Shown here: positions 1 through 10,850 of the stretch, one piece after another | Layout of the letters: each line of letters starts with the position of its first letter | How positions within the stretch are numbered: the stretch's first letter is position 1 | Notes under the pieces: model-generated | Databases searched by the model: none | What the model was told of the DNA's origin: nothing | Seen by the model: only the letters and a program-made list of their open reading frames with translations | Source: Tubulanus polymorphus | Taxonomy: Eukaryota; Animalia; Nemertea | DNA: 64,000 bases | Assembly: GCF_964204645.1 (NCBI RefSeq) | Contig: NC_134031.1 | Coordinates: forward strand, 7,874,001 to 7,938,000 | Direction: 5' to 3' | Made by a program: the position numbers and the translations under genes

Positions 1-765
1 TGGAGTTAATCCCAGAAAATATGAAAATGTTTTGTTTTTTAGGGATCGTATGACCGCGGAGTGGAAGGCGATCACTGCGTTAGGAGCTGATTTTTGAGAA
101 TCACTAAACATTCCCATCACAGCTTCTGCATCAATGTTATGTGACCGCGCTGACGACACTTGTTGTTTCATCTCGTCAGTTATTTTCATCTGAAAATATC
201 TGGCATACTGTCTTTCAATTACAATCACAACAGCATTGAGCGATGCTGTCATCATCTCATAGAAGAGAGATCCATTGCTTGATTCTTTCAACAGATTACG
301 GAGAACAGTGAGCTTCAGTTTGCCTGCTGAATCAGTCGGTTCGTCAGCTGGAAATAAGTTGTTCCCAAAAAAGTCTGTATTACGGGTAAAGATTGTTCTG
401 ACATCTACTAGTTGATTCTTAATTTCCTTTTCCACACCCTTGACCACTTCAATACCCTCATAATGATTTGTTTCATTTTCTGCCGCTGTATAGAACGTCT
501 GCATCCATGGGCCCGATAACAGTTTTCCAAGAATACCAGCTATATTGAGTTCTACTAGTGCATTTGGGTGATCAAAATCTTGAAGCAGGCTCTACCTCAA
601 CCCACCGAGTGATGTGCCTTTAGATAGGAAATTCAAGAATAAATTGTGATGTACATACAATTTCCCGCATATATTGAAGAATATGTGTAACCTATTTCCT
701 CGATACCTGGGTAGAAATCCGAGTGGTAGGTTTTGTTCTTTAAGAAACACTTTAAAGCCAGAGGA
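1..765 (-). pseudogene. Decayed DDE transposase fragment, hAT-like
   Basis: Manual minus-strand translation gives GFKVFLKEQNLPLGFLPRYRGNRLHIFFNICGKLY...GILGKLLSGPWMQTFY...SARSHNIDAEAVMGMFSDSQKSAPNA, with in-frame stops and a frameshift. HNIDAExxxG resembles the hAT C-terminal N-x-x-x-E motif. Confidence 0.55.
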
Positions 766-1272
766 TTATGTTACTAGCAAAGCAATCTTTGCCAAACAGT
801 TTCCCTGCATAACTTTCACGATGATTTGATAACGCTAATTTTCGGGAAATTCAAGATGGCGGACCAATCGGGATTTTGACATCGCAAATTCCGCTATCAA
901 ATTCATCAACTGGGCATTCATTATGGAACTAGAGACCATCTTTACTCAATAGAAAACATATTGTTGTATCAGTATATCAATAATTCGAAAGAATACAGAC
1001 TCACCTCAATGTTAATTTTCTTGAAAACCAAGCACTATCTTCTTCAAAATTCAATATTTTCACTTCTAGACCAGCGAACAGAAAAATTCGAAAACGAGGC
1101 ACATCCGGGCACCTTGCTACATTAATTATGCATGTTTAAGAGGTTGGTTGGTCACATGGACCAATGAGAAAGCTCAAATTTCAACACACCTTCTCTGAGA
1201 CATCCAAAAATAGATCACGCATTCAGCGTACAACAATGTCGATCGCTGAACGGGTGATAAGCCACGTACCTA
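1..1272 (-). mobile_element. 5' part of an internally deleted hAT-like DNA transposon (TAGG terminus)
   Basis: Minus strand starts TAGGTACGTGGCTTATCACCC at 1272. It is followed by CCAAT/palindromic promoter-like motifs (~1150-1170), a GAG|GTGAGT donor (~1004) and the transposase remnant. The other end is outside the window. Confidence 0.4.
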
Positions 1273-1529
1273 GTCAGACAAGTCGTCCGGGCTATTCTGA
1301 CAGAACTGATTTTGACTCAAAGCCGTGAGATGCATATGGAGTTCCCATGTTCCCCGTAGTATGTTCCTCACACGACCCATGTTCCCCGCAGAAGCCTCGA
1401 CTGCCAAAGCTGGCTTCGTGCACTGTGGACTGTGCCGCGGACCCAAAATTACAATCTGACGGAGACGGCAGTTCTAGATGTGTTAATAGAATGATATGGC
1501 AAAACGAGAATTTAAGAAAGTTCATACAA

Positions 1530-1808
1530 CATACAACAATGATTAGTCTCTCTGGGGAACATACAACAATGATTAGTCTCTCTGGGGAACATACAACAAT
1601 GATTGGTCTCTCTGGGGAACATACAACAACGCTTGGTCTCTCTGGGGAACATACAACAATGATTGGTCTCTCTGGGGAACATACAACAATGATTAGTCTC
1701 TCTGGGGAACATACAACAATGTAAGACTCTCTTGGGAACATACAACAATGATTGGTCTCTCTGGGGAACATACAACAATGATTAGTCTCTCTGGGGAACA
1801 TACAACAA
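1530..1808. repeat. 30-bp minisatellite, about 9.3 copies (CATACAACAATGATTAGTCTCTCTGGGGAA)
   Basis: Directly visible head-to-tail repeat with one 29-bp unit (1711-1739). It explains the repetitive ORFs 1292-1801, 1347-1724 and 1512-1778. Confidence 0.97.
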
Positions 1809-2542
1809 AGCTGAGGGATTACTACGAAACGGAGTCAAGCCTTAGCTTAACCAATTTATTAACCAAGTCGCACACAATTATAGAGATTTCGGGATCGTTG
1901 TTATTGTAGGACATCGGAAAAGCGAATTTATCAGTGTGAGACAGAGTCCTGAAATCGGTAAAATAATCATGATCGGTCAAAGACTCAAAATGTAGATAAC
2001 ATTGTTGCAATGAGTTCAAAGGTATTGATTCTTCTTCTGGTATCAATGACATCAGCGTTTTGATTGTCGACTGAATAGCTAAATGATTCTGTAAAAAATT
2101 GTATAGTCAGAATCATAGATATGAGCACAATTTTTCATGTTTTAGTAACAACTATGGTTATTTACATTCATATCATCTCCCATTTGTCCAAGAATTTATG
2201 ATTTGCAGTGAAGTGTTACCTGGAGACCTGCTTGAATAGTCTTGCACATTACGATTGACTTATCTCACAGTCGGGAGTTCTATTGTGAGGAAACAGGTCA
2301 CTTCGCAATAGATATCGTCACAACGTCCATTCACAAAACAAGTCAGAGCCGTGCAATAACATCAACCGATTTGCACACTTTACAGCAGTCAAGAGATATA
2401 AACATAATAACGAAATACGCGTTTGTTGAATGAAAAACTTAATGAGTGAAAAAATATATTTCTCTCTGAAAACAAAATAATTTTTTAATACAAATAAATA
2501 GTTTAAGGCATTCTCAGCACTAAATTTATAATTCGATTTCTT

Positions 2543-3967
2543 TTAAATATCATCCATAAAATCTGTTAGGATATCGAAATTCGTGATATTTCCATCGCAG
2601 AACTTCAGCAAATCTGCATCCGATATTTCACAGTAACGCTCGTCGAACAGGCCGAACTGAGATGAAGACTTATTTAGTAGTTTTTCAGCCTGTTGTACTG
2701 ATTTCACGAGGGAACTGTCGTCTATTCCGTTGTCGTCGAAAAACTTTGTTAGTTTTTCTTGCGGATCTGCGGGGCCATACAATATGAAATCGTTTTCAGC
2801 AAATTCATCTGCTGACAGGCAAAAATTGTTGTAATCTGGGATAGGTAGTAATGCTCTCTGCGGTGTCTGTATTTCATTGATGTCAGCAGGTGTGTCTAAT
2901 AAGTGGCTGATTTCTGCGTGTTGTTCATTGCTTGTTCTCTTATATGCTCTAACAGCAGTTGACCGGTGTCCTGTTCGTTGCATAATTAACTGCTCGTCGA
3001 TTCCTTCTCGAAACAACTGGGTTGCAGTAGTAACCTTGCCACTATGACCGGTGAAGTGACCAGCAAAACCAGCTTCTTGCATCATATTTGGTATATAACT
3101 TGCCAACTTATTAACGCCAATGGCCTGTAGTGAGAAACGGATATCTCCTTCAAGCAGCGATTCCAATGGCCTTCTATAAAACCTTCCGAAAGGTGGTATT
3201 TTTGACAAGTAGAAATAGAGAATCTTGTACACGCTGTATAAATTGTCGCTGATGTCATACTGTTTGATATTTTTCATTTCAATGTGTCGTTGAGATAATC
3301 CGCCCCTTGTAATTTTTGAGTTCTTGCCCTGGAATCTGATAAATCTGCCGCCGTCGTCTTCACCGAAACTAAACTGCTCTACGTCCAGGTTTAAGTGCTC
3401 ATCTCGTGATCTTAAGCCGAAGACTTTGCAAGCATAAAAATACACAGTTCTACTAAGGGCCAATGAACAGCTGATCCCCAATAATCCTTTTTCCCACAGA
3501 ACACGTTCTTGTTCTTGGGTGATAGGTTTTGCTTGGCGTTTATTAGGAGTTATCGCGGCCGTTAAACTCTTCATCTCAGCGTCAAGAACTTGGCGAAATC
3601 GAAAGAAGTCATTGTTACTACTGTCAATGAAATTGAACTCGGCTCTTCCACATTCAAATTTTACGTAACGTTGGATGCCAGCCACAATCGAATACAACGT
3701 TTTTGGGGGATATTTATCTCCATCCTGTTTCCGTATCTCTAGTACAAAATAGCAGAGCAGCTCATTAAATTTTCCAGCAGTTATGTATTTTAGTTGCTGG
3801 ATTCCTGGTATTATTGGCTGTCCCATCTGCTTCGCATTGTTTCTTTCATTGCTCCAGTCAGTCCATATCTTTTTTGCCCAGTTTGTTGTCCGCTGGGTGT
3901 TTCTGGGCACACCAGTATTTATTTTTGCAGATATGTCCTTCTCAGAGACACATCCAAATCGCGACAT
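2543..3967 (-). CDS. Crypton-type tyrosine recombinase (DUF3504 / ZMYM-QRICH1-KCTD1-like), 474 aa, intact
   Basis: N-terminal VPRNTQRTTNWA and FVLEIRKQDGDKYPPKTLYSIVAGIQRY. Catalytic motifs FGLRSRDEH (R), KNSK, FTGHSGKVTTATQLF (H-x-x-K) and RTGHRSTAVRAYKR (H, Y). No stops or introns. Confidence 0.9.
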   Translation of the reverse strand: MSRFGCVSEKDISAKINTGVPRNTQRTTNWAKKIWTDWSNERNNAKQMGQPIIPGIQQLKYITAGKFNELLCYFVLEIRKQDGDKYPPKTLYSIVAGIQRYVKFECGRAEFNFIDSSNNDFFRFRQVLDAEMKSLTAAITPNKRQAKPITQEQERVLWEKGLLGISCSLALSRTVYFYACKVFGLRSRDEHLNLDVEQFSFGEDDGGRFIRFQGKNSKITRGGLSQRHIEMKNIKQYDISDNLYSVYKILYFYLSKIPPFGRFYRRPLESLLEGDIRFSLQAIGVNKLASYIPNMMQEAGFAGHFTGHSGKVTTATQLFREGIDEQLIMQRTGHRSTAVRAYKRTSNEQHAEISHLLDTPADINEIQTPQRALLPIPDYNNFCLSADEFAENDFILYGPADPQEKLTKFFDDNGIDDSSLVKSVQQAEKLLNKSSSQFGLFDERYCEISDADLLKFCDGNITNFDILTDFMDDI

Positions 3968-4403
3968 CGCTCAAACGCTGTGCTATTGTCAAATGCGGTG
4001 CAATCGATTTGTAAAGGCTGTAAAGTGTAGTGATATCAATGAAAATGCATGGGTCAAAACACTTTTCAAAGGGTGTGAGATAAATAGGTTATTGCACGTT
4101 GGTAATCTTGGCGCTAACGCGCCTCGATTTCCACCGTGCAATAACCTACACATAAATATCTGGTTGTTGAAATTGTGTATACCATCTTGCCATTCTTGGT
4201 ATCGGTAACACAGTTCACGCACCTTTTCGTGTAAACAGACACATCTGTAGAGAATATTAGAAAAATGCAAACACGAAAGTTATGACAACAATAATCATCG
4301 TAGAAATTTATTTAGAAATACATAGGCTTAACTAGTCTAAATGTTAAATGAAAATTATTTTAACTATGAGGTAATGCATTTTACCAATACAAATAATAAT
4401 ATT

Positions 4404-5146
4404 TCAGTTACGATAATAGGACATAGTTATAGGACAAACATAAGCTTGTCTGACTGCACTAGATGTCCTATCGCCTTCTTGATTTCTTGTACGCTCTACT
4501 GTCCCTTGATGATGAGGGCTGGCAGGTGGTCCAAACTTCCTGACAACATCAAATTTGATACAGTTGAACATATCTGATCCTGGTTAAGTCGTTACTGCAT
4601 CGTACAAATTCTTCGGAGCCGTCGAAGGGTCTTCAGTTTCTGTTGGTGTCAGCTGAGCTGTAGCTGATTTTGGTGTGACGGCACTAGCTTCCACTTCTTT
4701 CTGCTGGGCCTCTGCGGCAACTGGTAGTTTCAATATTTCAGCTGCAATCGCCTCCGCTTTCAGACGGTTTTGATCAGCCATCGCTTTGTGGTGGTGGGCC
4801 GAAATTTTCATGAGATCCAGACTCATCTGGTGGAGTCTACAAATCCAGTCTTTGGTGACATCTGGATAACTATCCGCTTCCATCAATCTGATCGGCAGGT
4901 GGATCTTAAAATGTTTCAGTACCTCGCTGACGACCAAACCGATTCTCAGTAAAGAGCTGTGATGTTGGTACCCTTTGTCTAGAGTCTTCGTACATTTTCA
5001 GAGCCGAATAGTGTTCCGGCCTCGTAGAGTTGATTTGTCTAGACAGGTACAGCGGTTCCGAGGGCATTGTCGCAGTGATGTTAGTTGTGCCCAGGTCTCT
5101 CATCATTTTGTCGACTTCGTTTTCAGTAAACGTTGTCAAAAGCCAT
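4404..5146 (-). pseudogene. Decayed accessory ORF upstream of the recombinase (unknown product, about 245 aa reconstructed)
   Basis: TATAAA (~5188-5193) and TCAGT initiator-like motif precede the ATG at 5146. ORFs 4906-5139, 4584-4937 and 4404-4571 join into one frame if single extra bases in two homopolymer runs are removed and one stop (4584-4586) is read through. Confidence 0.35.
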
Positions 5147-7004
5147 AATTACTGATACAGAGCGAATCAGATGCAGAGCAGTTAGTGTTTATAGTGAGTG
5201 AACTAACTGTTATATATTCTCTGGAAACAATCAGAGAGCTTGTTGTTCCACAGGCTATTTATCACTGTTGCGGGCTGATTGGCTAGAAAATCTTAGAGTC
5301 TCCTGACGTTGTGTTGAACACATCCGGTGGTGTGTTGTGCATGAATATTATTCGATTACTGTGTGATTGTTTTTCAGCGTATATCAGATGTCTCGCTCCT
5401 TCAATATCCGAGGGGGGGTGATTCTATGTATGAATTGTGTGGACTGTGGATTCACAGTTGGTATAACTTCAAAACCCCAACAGATGATACCATCAAGCAA
5501 GACGAATTCCATTCATGATATACGCTCGACTTCGTAAAGCTCGCTGTTTATTTAGTTCATGCACTCCTTCCCCAAGTAGTTCCATACATAGAACAGCGGT
5601 TCCCAAAACTTAAATTCCAAATATTGGAGATTTCTAAAAAATACAAGGTGACCTTAAAAAGACCTGAAAGATTCAAAATATCTAATCTCTAATATAAACT
5701 AAAATAAGTTTTTTTTCAGGCATAACTGAGACTTCTGTGGTATCTTAACACTCTCAACCCATAAATCATTATCTCCTGATTCAAATTAATACAGAATATG
5801 AGCAACAAAACGAACTTACAAAGATGATACGATCTCCTGGATTGTTTTGACTTTAGAAAAATTATGCTGTCTTCCTCCGTGCACGCTATACTTCCAGTGC
5901 AGGGAGGCCATCCAAGGGGGTGCTACTATACCATGCACCAGCATAACCTCCCCCTAAATGGCACCTAGTCCCTTAATAATCAACAATCTTAAATTGATTC
6001 CAAACAAAAAATTAACACTTATTTACCAAAGCGCCGCCTTTCTTAAGTAAAGGAAACTTGTCATTACCAATGAAATGCTTACAAAACATTTGATAAATGA
6101 ACAAATACTAAAACTAAATTTAATGAATGCTAGTTTTCAAATACAGTCAACCTCGCTTAATTTGTATCTCATGGGACCGTGGTTTTTCTACAAATTAGAC
6201 ATTATACAGATTTTACGTAATTTTTATTTTCAATGAATTATGTATAATTCGTAGAATTAACAATTAATCTATTAATTTGTATAAACTAGGAATAAAAGCC
6301 TGCTAAAAATCGTTCTCACTGGCATTGGAACATACGCTGCATGCCCTGGCCATTCATTGTTTTAGACTTAACTGACGGGAAAATACATTGCGTGGCCTAG
6401 CACGCTCAATGCCAATACGACTGACAAGTACCGTAAAAACCGGCGTATAAGTCGAGTTTTTAACCATTGATTTTACCAGTAAATTATTGACCTCGACTTA
6501 TACGCCGAGTACAGTTTTCTACGAAGTATTTTCAGGTCACAAGAAATATTGATTCTACCAGACAAAAAAGACTATAACAGTTTGAATAATTATTCATGAT
6601 AAATAAAGTTATTTAATGAAAAAAACTTCTTTCATTTTGACACAGCTTCATTTAAAACGATGTATTCATATATGTGCGCTCATAGCAGCGCTTAATACAT
6701 TATGCTATATATAGCATGTGACTCACACTACTGTATCACTGTATGGTAGTGTATTATACCTGAGTGTGTGTAACAGTCTATTGATAAACACACAGCAGCA
6801 ATCAGGCTGACACAATTCAATTCAATTCAATCTTTATTAAGCATAAACATTAATGAAACATTGTTTGCAACTGATACAAATTCGGTAAAATCAAGTATAT
6901 ACATAATAGGAGATAAACAAATAATAAAATGAAGCATAATTAACACTAATTACAGATGAGTTAAATCATAATTGAAAATATACAGAACATTAATCGAAGA
7001 AATA

Positions 7005-7361
7005 TTAGGACAATGGCAGACCGAGTTTAATAAATTTGGCTAGTTGAACAATGCTGGTTGTAGGGTTTAGGTTGTCGAAAGTGGAGATTAAACTATTAAC
7101 GTCTAAGATAGCTATATTTAATTCCTTTCTCAGATTGGCAACTCTTTTACAATGGAACAAAAAGTGACATTCATCGTCCAACACATTACAAATATTGCAC
7201 AAACGATTTTCCTTTTCTATACCGCAGTGTCTACCTTTTTCAATAATTAAGCTGTGAGTAGACGTCCGTAATTTAGCAACAGCATTTCTGAGGTTAAAAT
7301 CTTTTAGCACTAATAAATATTTTTCTAACTTAAAACTTTCTTTAACTGCTTTATAAAAACA
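7005..7361 (-). pseudogene. LINE ORF2 C-terminal Cys/His-rich segment
   Basis: FYKAVKESFKLEKYL...KLRTSTHSLIIEKGRH...RLCNICNVLDDECHFLFHC. Confidence 0.85.
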
Positions 7362-7761
7362 CCAAGTCATTATACTCCACTGTGGAGTAAATGACCTCAA
7401 ACAATGCCAGGGGAACGAAGACATATCGAGGGCTGCTTACAGTCTGGTTGATATTGCTTCTAAACTGACAGAGTCTTATAACATAAAGGTTATTATTTCT
7501 GGGTTAGTCCCTAGTCCAGATAAAGAATTAGATAATAGAGTGTATCGATTCAACTGGTATGTCAATGATTACATTAGGGGAATTCCATCATACGTGTATT
7601 ACTGTAGTAACGATAATTTTATACGCAAAGGGCATTTGTCGAGAAAATTATTAAGAGACAATATTCATCCATCCAGCGAGGGTTCAGCAATCCTATCCTC
7701 CAACTTAATCAGGGCAATGCGTTATTGTCGTTCGGGTATTAAGCTTGTCAGTCAAAACTAA
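7362..7761 (+). pseudogene. LINE ORF1 fragment, SGNH/GDSL esterase domain (5'-truncated)
   Basis: QVIILHCGVNDL (G-x-N-D block) and RDNIHPSSEGSAIL (D-x-x-H block). Confidence 0.75.
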
Positions 7762-7828
7762 CTAGCCGTGAGTTGTCCTTGAAAGCTGTGTGAAAACTTT
7801 TATTTTACTTATAATTTCCTCTGACACA

Positions 7829-10800
7829 ATGTCTGCTAACCTTCGTAGTGCTCTGAAAATAGGATCGTGGAATGTAAATGGTATAACCACAAAATGTGAG
7901 AATGGGTCTATTGTTAATAAATTAGACGCCGCAGATATTACTGATATGAATTACGATGTCATCTGTATTCAAGAGTCGCATGCCCATGACTCTACTGATA
8001 TCAGTCTAAAGGGTTATTTTGTTTTAAGGGCTGATAGATCACGTTCACCTTATAGGGGCAATCAAAGGGGAGGTTTGGCTGCGCTCATGAAAAATGAATT
8101 TAAAAGTCACATTAAATTTGTCAAGAGCACAGATTTTGTAATATGGTTGCAGATAACACCGTCAGTTACTCTGTCTAGTAAAAGCATTTATCTAGGTTGT
8201 ATCTACTTTCCCCCTACGAATTCGCCCATTCACAGATTATGTAATTCAGACGTATTTAGCTCCCTTTATGATGATATTGCTACGTTTAGTCATAACAGTA
8301 ATATTTTGTTATGTGGTGATTTTAACTCTCGTACTGCTGGGCTCAAGGATTTCATTGATGACTCTGGTAACTTCCCTATCTTAAATGACATGGTGTCTAC
8401 TATCCCCCGTAACATTAGGAGGTCTTCAGACTAAAATTAATGAGTTTGGAAAATGCCTAATTGAATTATGTACCTCGTGTAACCTGAAAATATTAAATGG
8501 TAGAATTATAGGTGATCTATTCGGTGCGCCTACTTGTTATAAATATAATGGAGTAAGTACAGTGGATTATTTCATTTGTGTGTGATTCTGTGTATGATGG
8601 TTGAACCATTCACCATTTCTTCTGATCACTGTATGTTGACACTTTTTGTTTCTATTAAAGAACGTCAACCTAATATTGCTATCACCTCCGATCATTCTCT
8701 TTTTAAGAGACCTATTAATTATATATGGAACGAGGAGAGTAAGAACAAGGTATTGGATACTTTTAGCCTGGCTGAGATTCAAGCCAATATACTGAATATG
8801 AATAATACCGAGTTATCTTCGACCGACGATATCAATAAGCTTATTGTACAAGTATTGTACAAGCTGATTGTACAAATATTTACAACTCAGTTGCTAATAA
8901 AACGCTAAAATCGTTGAAACCAGGTAGCAAAGGTAATAGGAGAAAATATAAACAGAAGTGGTTTGATAATTCTTGCTTAGCGGCCAGACATTCTTTGAAG
9001 AAAAAAGCTAGAAACTTAGCTGCAGCAAATAGTATTAGTGATATCGATCACAGTAGATTAGCAGATTATTATGGTTCAAAAAAGTCGTATAAAAACCTAC
9101 TTAGATCTAAGAAAAAAGCTTATACTGACAAAATAATAGGCGACATTAGCAAATTAAACGGCTCCAATAATGACAGTAAAACTTTCTGGAAATTGGTCAA
9201 CAACCTTAAGAATCCCGCTAACAAATGTCCTTCAAGTATCAGCATGGATGAGTGGTATAATCATTTTAAGTCACTTAGTTCTCCTGACATTAACGCTGGA
9301 TCTACGTCGTCTTGCCTAAAAGAATACCTCAAACATCTTGAAGAGCAACCATCAACATTCGGTATTCTGGATTTTAAAATTACTGAGGATGAAATTTTGC
9401 GAGCTTCTAGAAAACTGAAACCTAACAAAGCATCTGGTTTGGATTCTATTTTGAATGAATTGTTAAAATGTAGTATTGATATCATGATGCAGCCACTTTT
9501 AAAAGTTTTTAATGCCATATTAACTTTTGGAAAGTATCCGGAGGAATGGTTGAGAGGGATTATAATTCCGCTATTTAAAAAGGGCAATAAAGACGATGTG
9601 TCCTGTTATAGAGGTATAACTATAACAAGTAATTTAAGTAAACTTTTTTGTATCATTTTAAACGAACGTCTGACATCCTATGTAAAAGATAATGGTATCC
9701 TTTCGGTGAACCAGATAGGTTTTCAAAAAAGTCAAGAACTGCTGATCACCTTTTTACCCTTAAGCATCTGATTGATAAAAATACCCAGAAACGTAAACAG
9801 AAATTTTTCTGTGCATTTATTGATTTCCGGCGTGCCTTTGATAGCGTTATTCACGATGCTCTTATGATTAAGTTGGTGAAATGTGGTATCAGTGGTCATT
9901 TTTATGATGTGATAAAGGATATGTATAGTAGCGCTGTCTCCCAAGTCCAGTGCGATACAGGTTTATCTCAAGAATTTCCTGTTAAAATTGGTGTTCACCA
10001 AGGCAATATTTTAAGCCCTTTACTTTTTAACTTATTTATAAATGATATAAACCAGCTTTTCTTGGACTGTGACGTTCCTGTTTTATATGATTGTATCGTA
10101 CCCTGTCTCATGTATGCCGATGATCTTATTTTATTTTCGCTCTCGAGCAAAGGCCTAAAAAAGTCCTTAGCTAAGCTTGAGCTTTATTGTAAATTCTGGG
10201 GGCTGGAAGTAAATGTTCCTAAATCGTGTATTGTTGAATTTAACAAAGCAGGTAAATTAGACTGCACAAATAGCTACATTTTTAACGATGATATTATAGA
10301 TTGTGTTAAAAGTTGCAACTATCTGGGTTTCAACATCCATTGTAATGGCAAATTCAATCTGCTACAAGACTCACTGTTGAGTAAGGTTTAAGAGGGCTTT
10401 TCAATCTAACTAAAATGCCTGGTTTCAAGGATTTATGTATTCTACAACAACTACAGCTTTTTAACAGTTTACTCAAACCGATAGTTATGTATGGTAGTGA
10501 AGTTTGGGGAGTTGTGCCCTATATGTCATTTCTAAAGAAACCAAATGGGTCACTCACGGATATGGGTTTACCATATAACAAATGGGTAGTGCAAAAGCTG
10601 CAGTCAAGATTTTTTAGGTTCATAATGGGTCTTCATTCTAAGGCTCCAATTTTACCTATTCTTGGTGATTTGGGAGAGGTTCCACTTTATATTGAGATTA
10701 CTATGTCAGCTTTGAAGTACTGGAGGTCAGTTATGTCGTCGGGTAATAGCAAATCATTGATCTACTTGTCTTTTCTAGAACAATATGAAGATGACAGGGA

Positions 10801-10850
10801 GGGCAAATTCAATTATATATCTACCGTTAAATCAATTTTATCAAATTGTA
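7829..10850 (+). pseudogene. LINE ORF2 (APE endonuclease + reverse transcriptase), frameshifted
   Basis: Consecutive ORF fragments 7790-8434, 8385-8585, 8576-8908, 8914-9771, 9864-10391 and 10415-10981 carry APE and RT motifs in order. Confidence 0.92.

Larger units (their letters stand above)
1280..5593 (-). mobile_element. Putative Crypton (tyrosine recombinase DNA transposon) unit; boundaries approximate
   Basis: YR ORF with co-oriented accessory ORFs, the 30-bp array on one side and a palindromic segment (5337-5593) on the other. No TSD found. Confidence 0.55.

Noticed and set aside
1292-1801. Repetitive ORFs (MFPRETNHCC..., SGEHTTMIS...) as real proteins
   Set aside because: They are open only because the 30-bp unit lacks stops in several frames, and the frame switches at the 29-bp unit.
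1530-1808. CRISPR-like array next to a recombinase
   Set aside because: Units are contiguous with no unique spacers, there are no cas genes and the context is eukaryotic. It is a minisatellite.
2220-2405. Spliced minus-strand gene joining 2405-2220 to ~2088-1822
   Set aside because: Splice signals are present but each frame I tried has stops. Kept only as a possible remnant within the Crypton unit.
5815-5960. Minus-strand exon of another host gene (donor GTAAGT at ~5819)
   Set aside because: No convincing acceptor or recognisable peptide.
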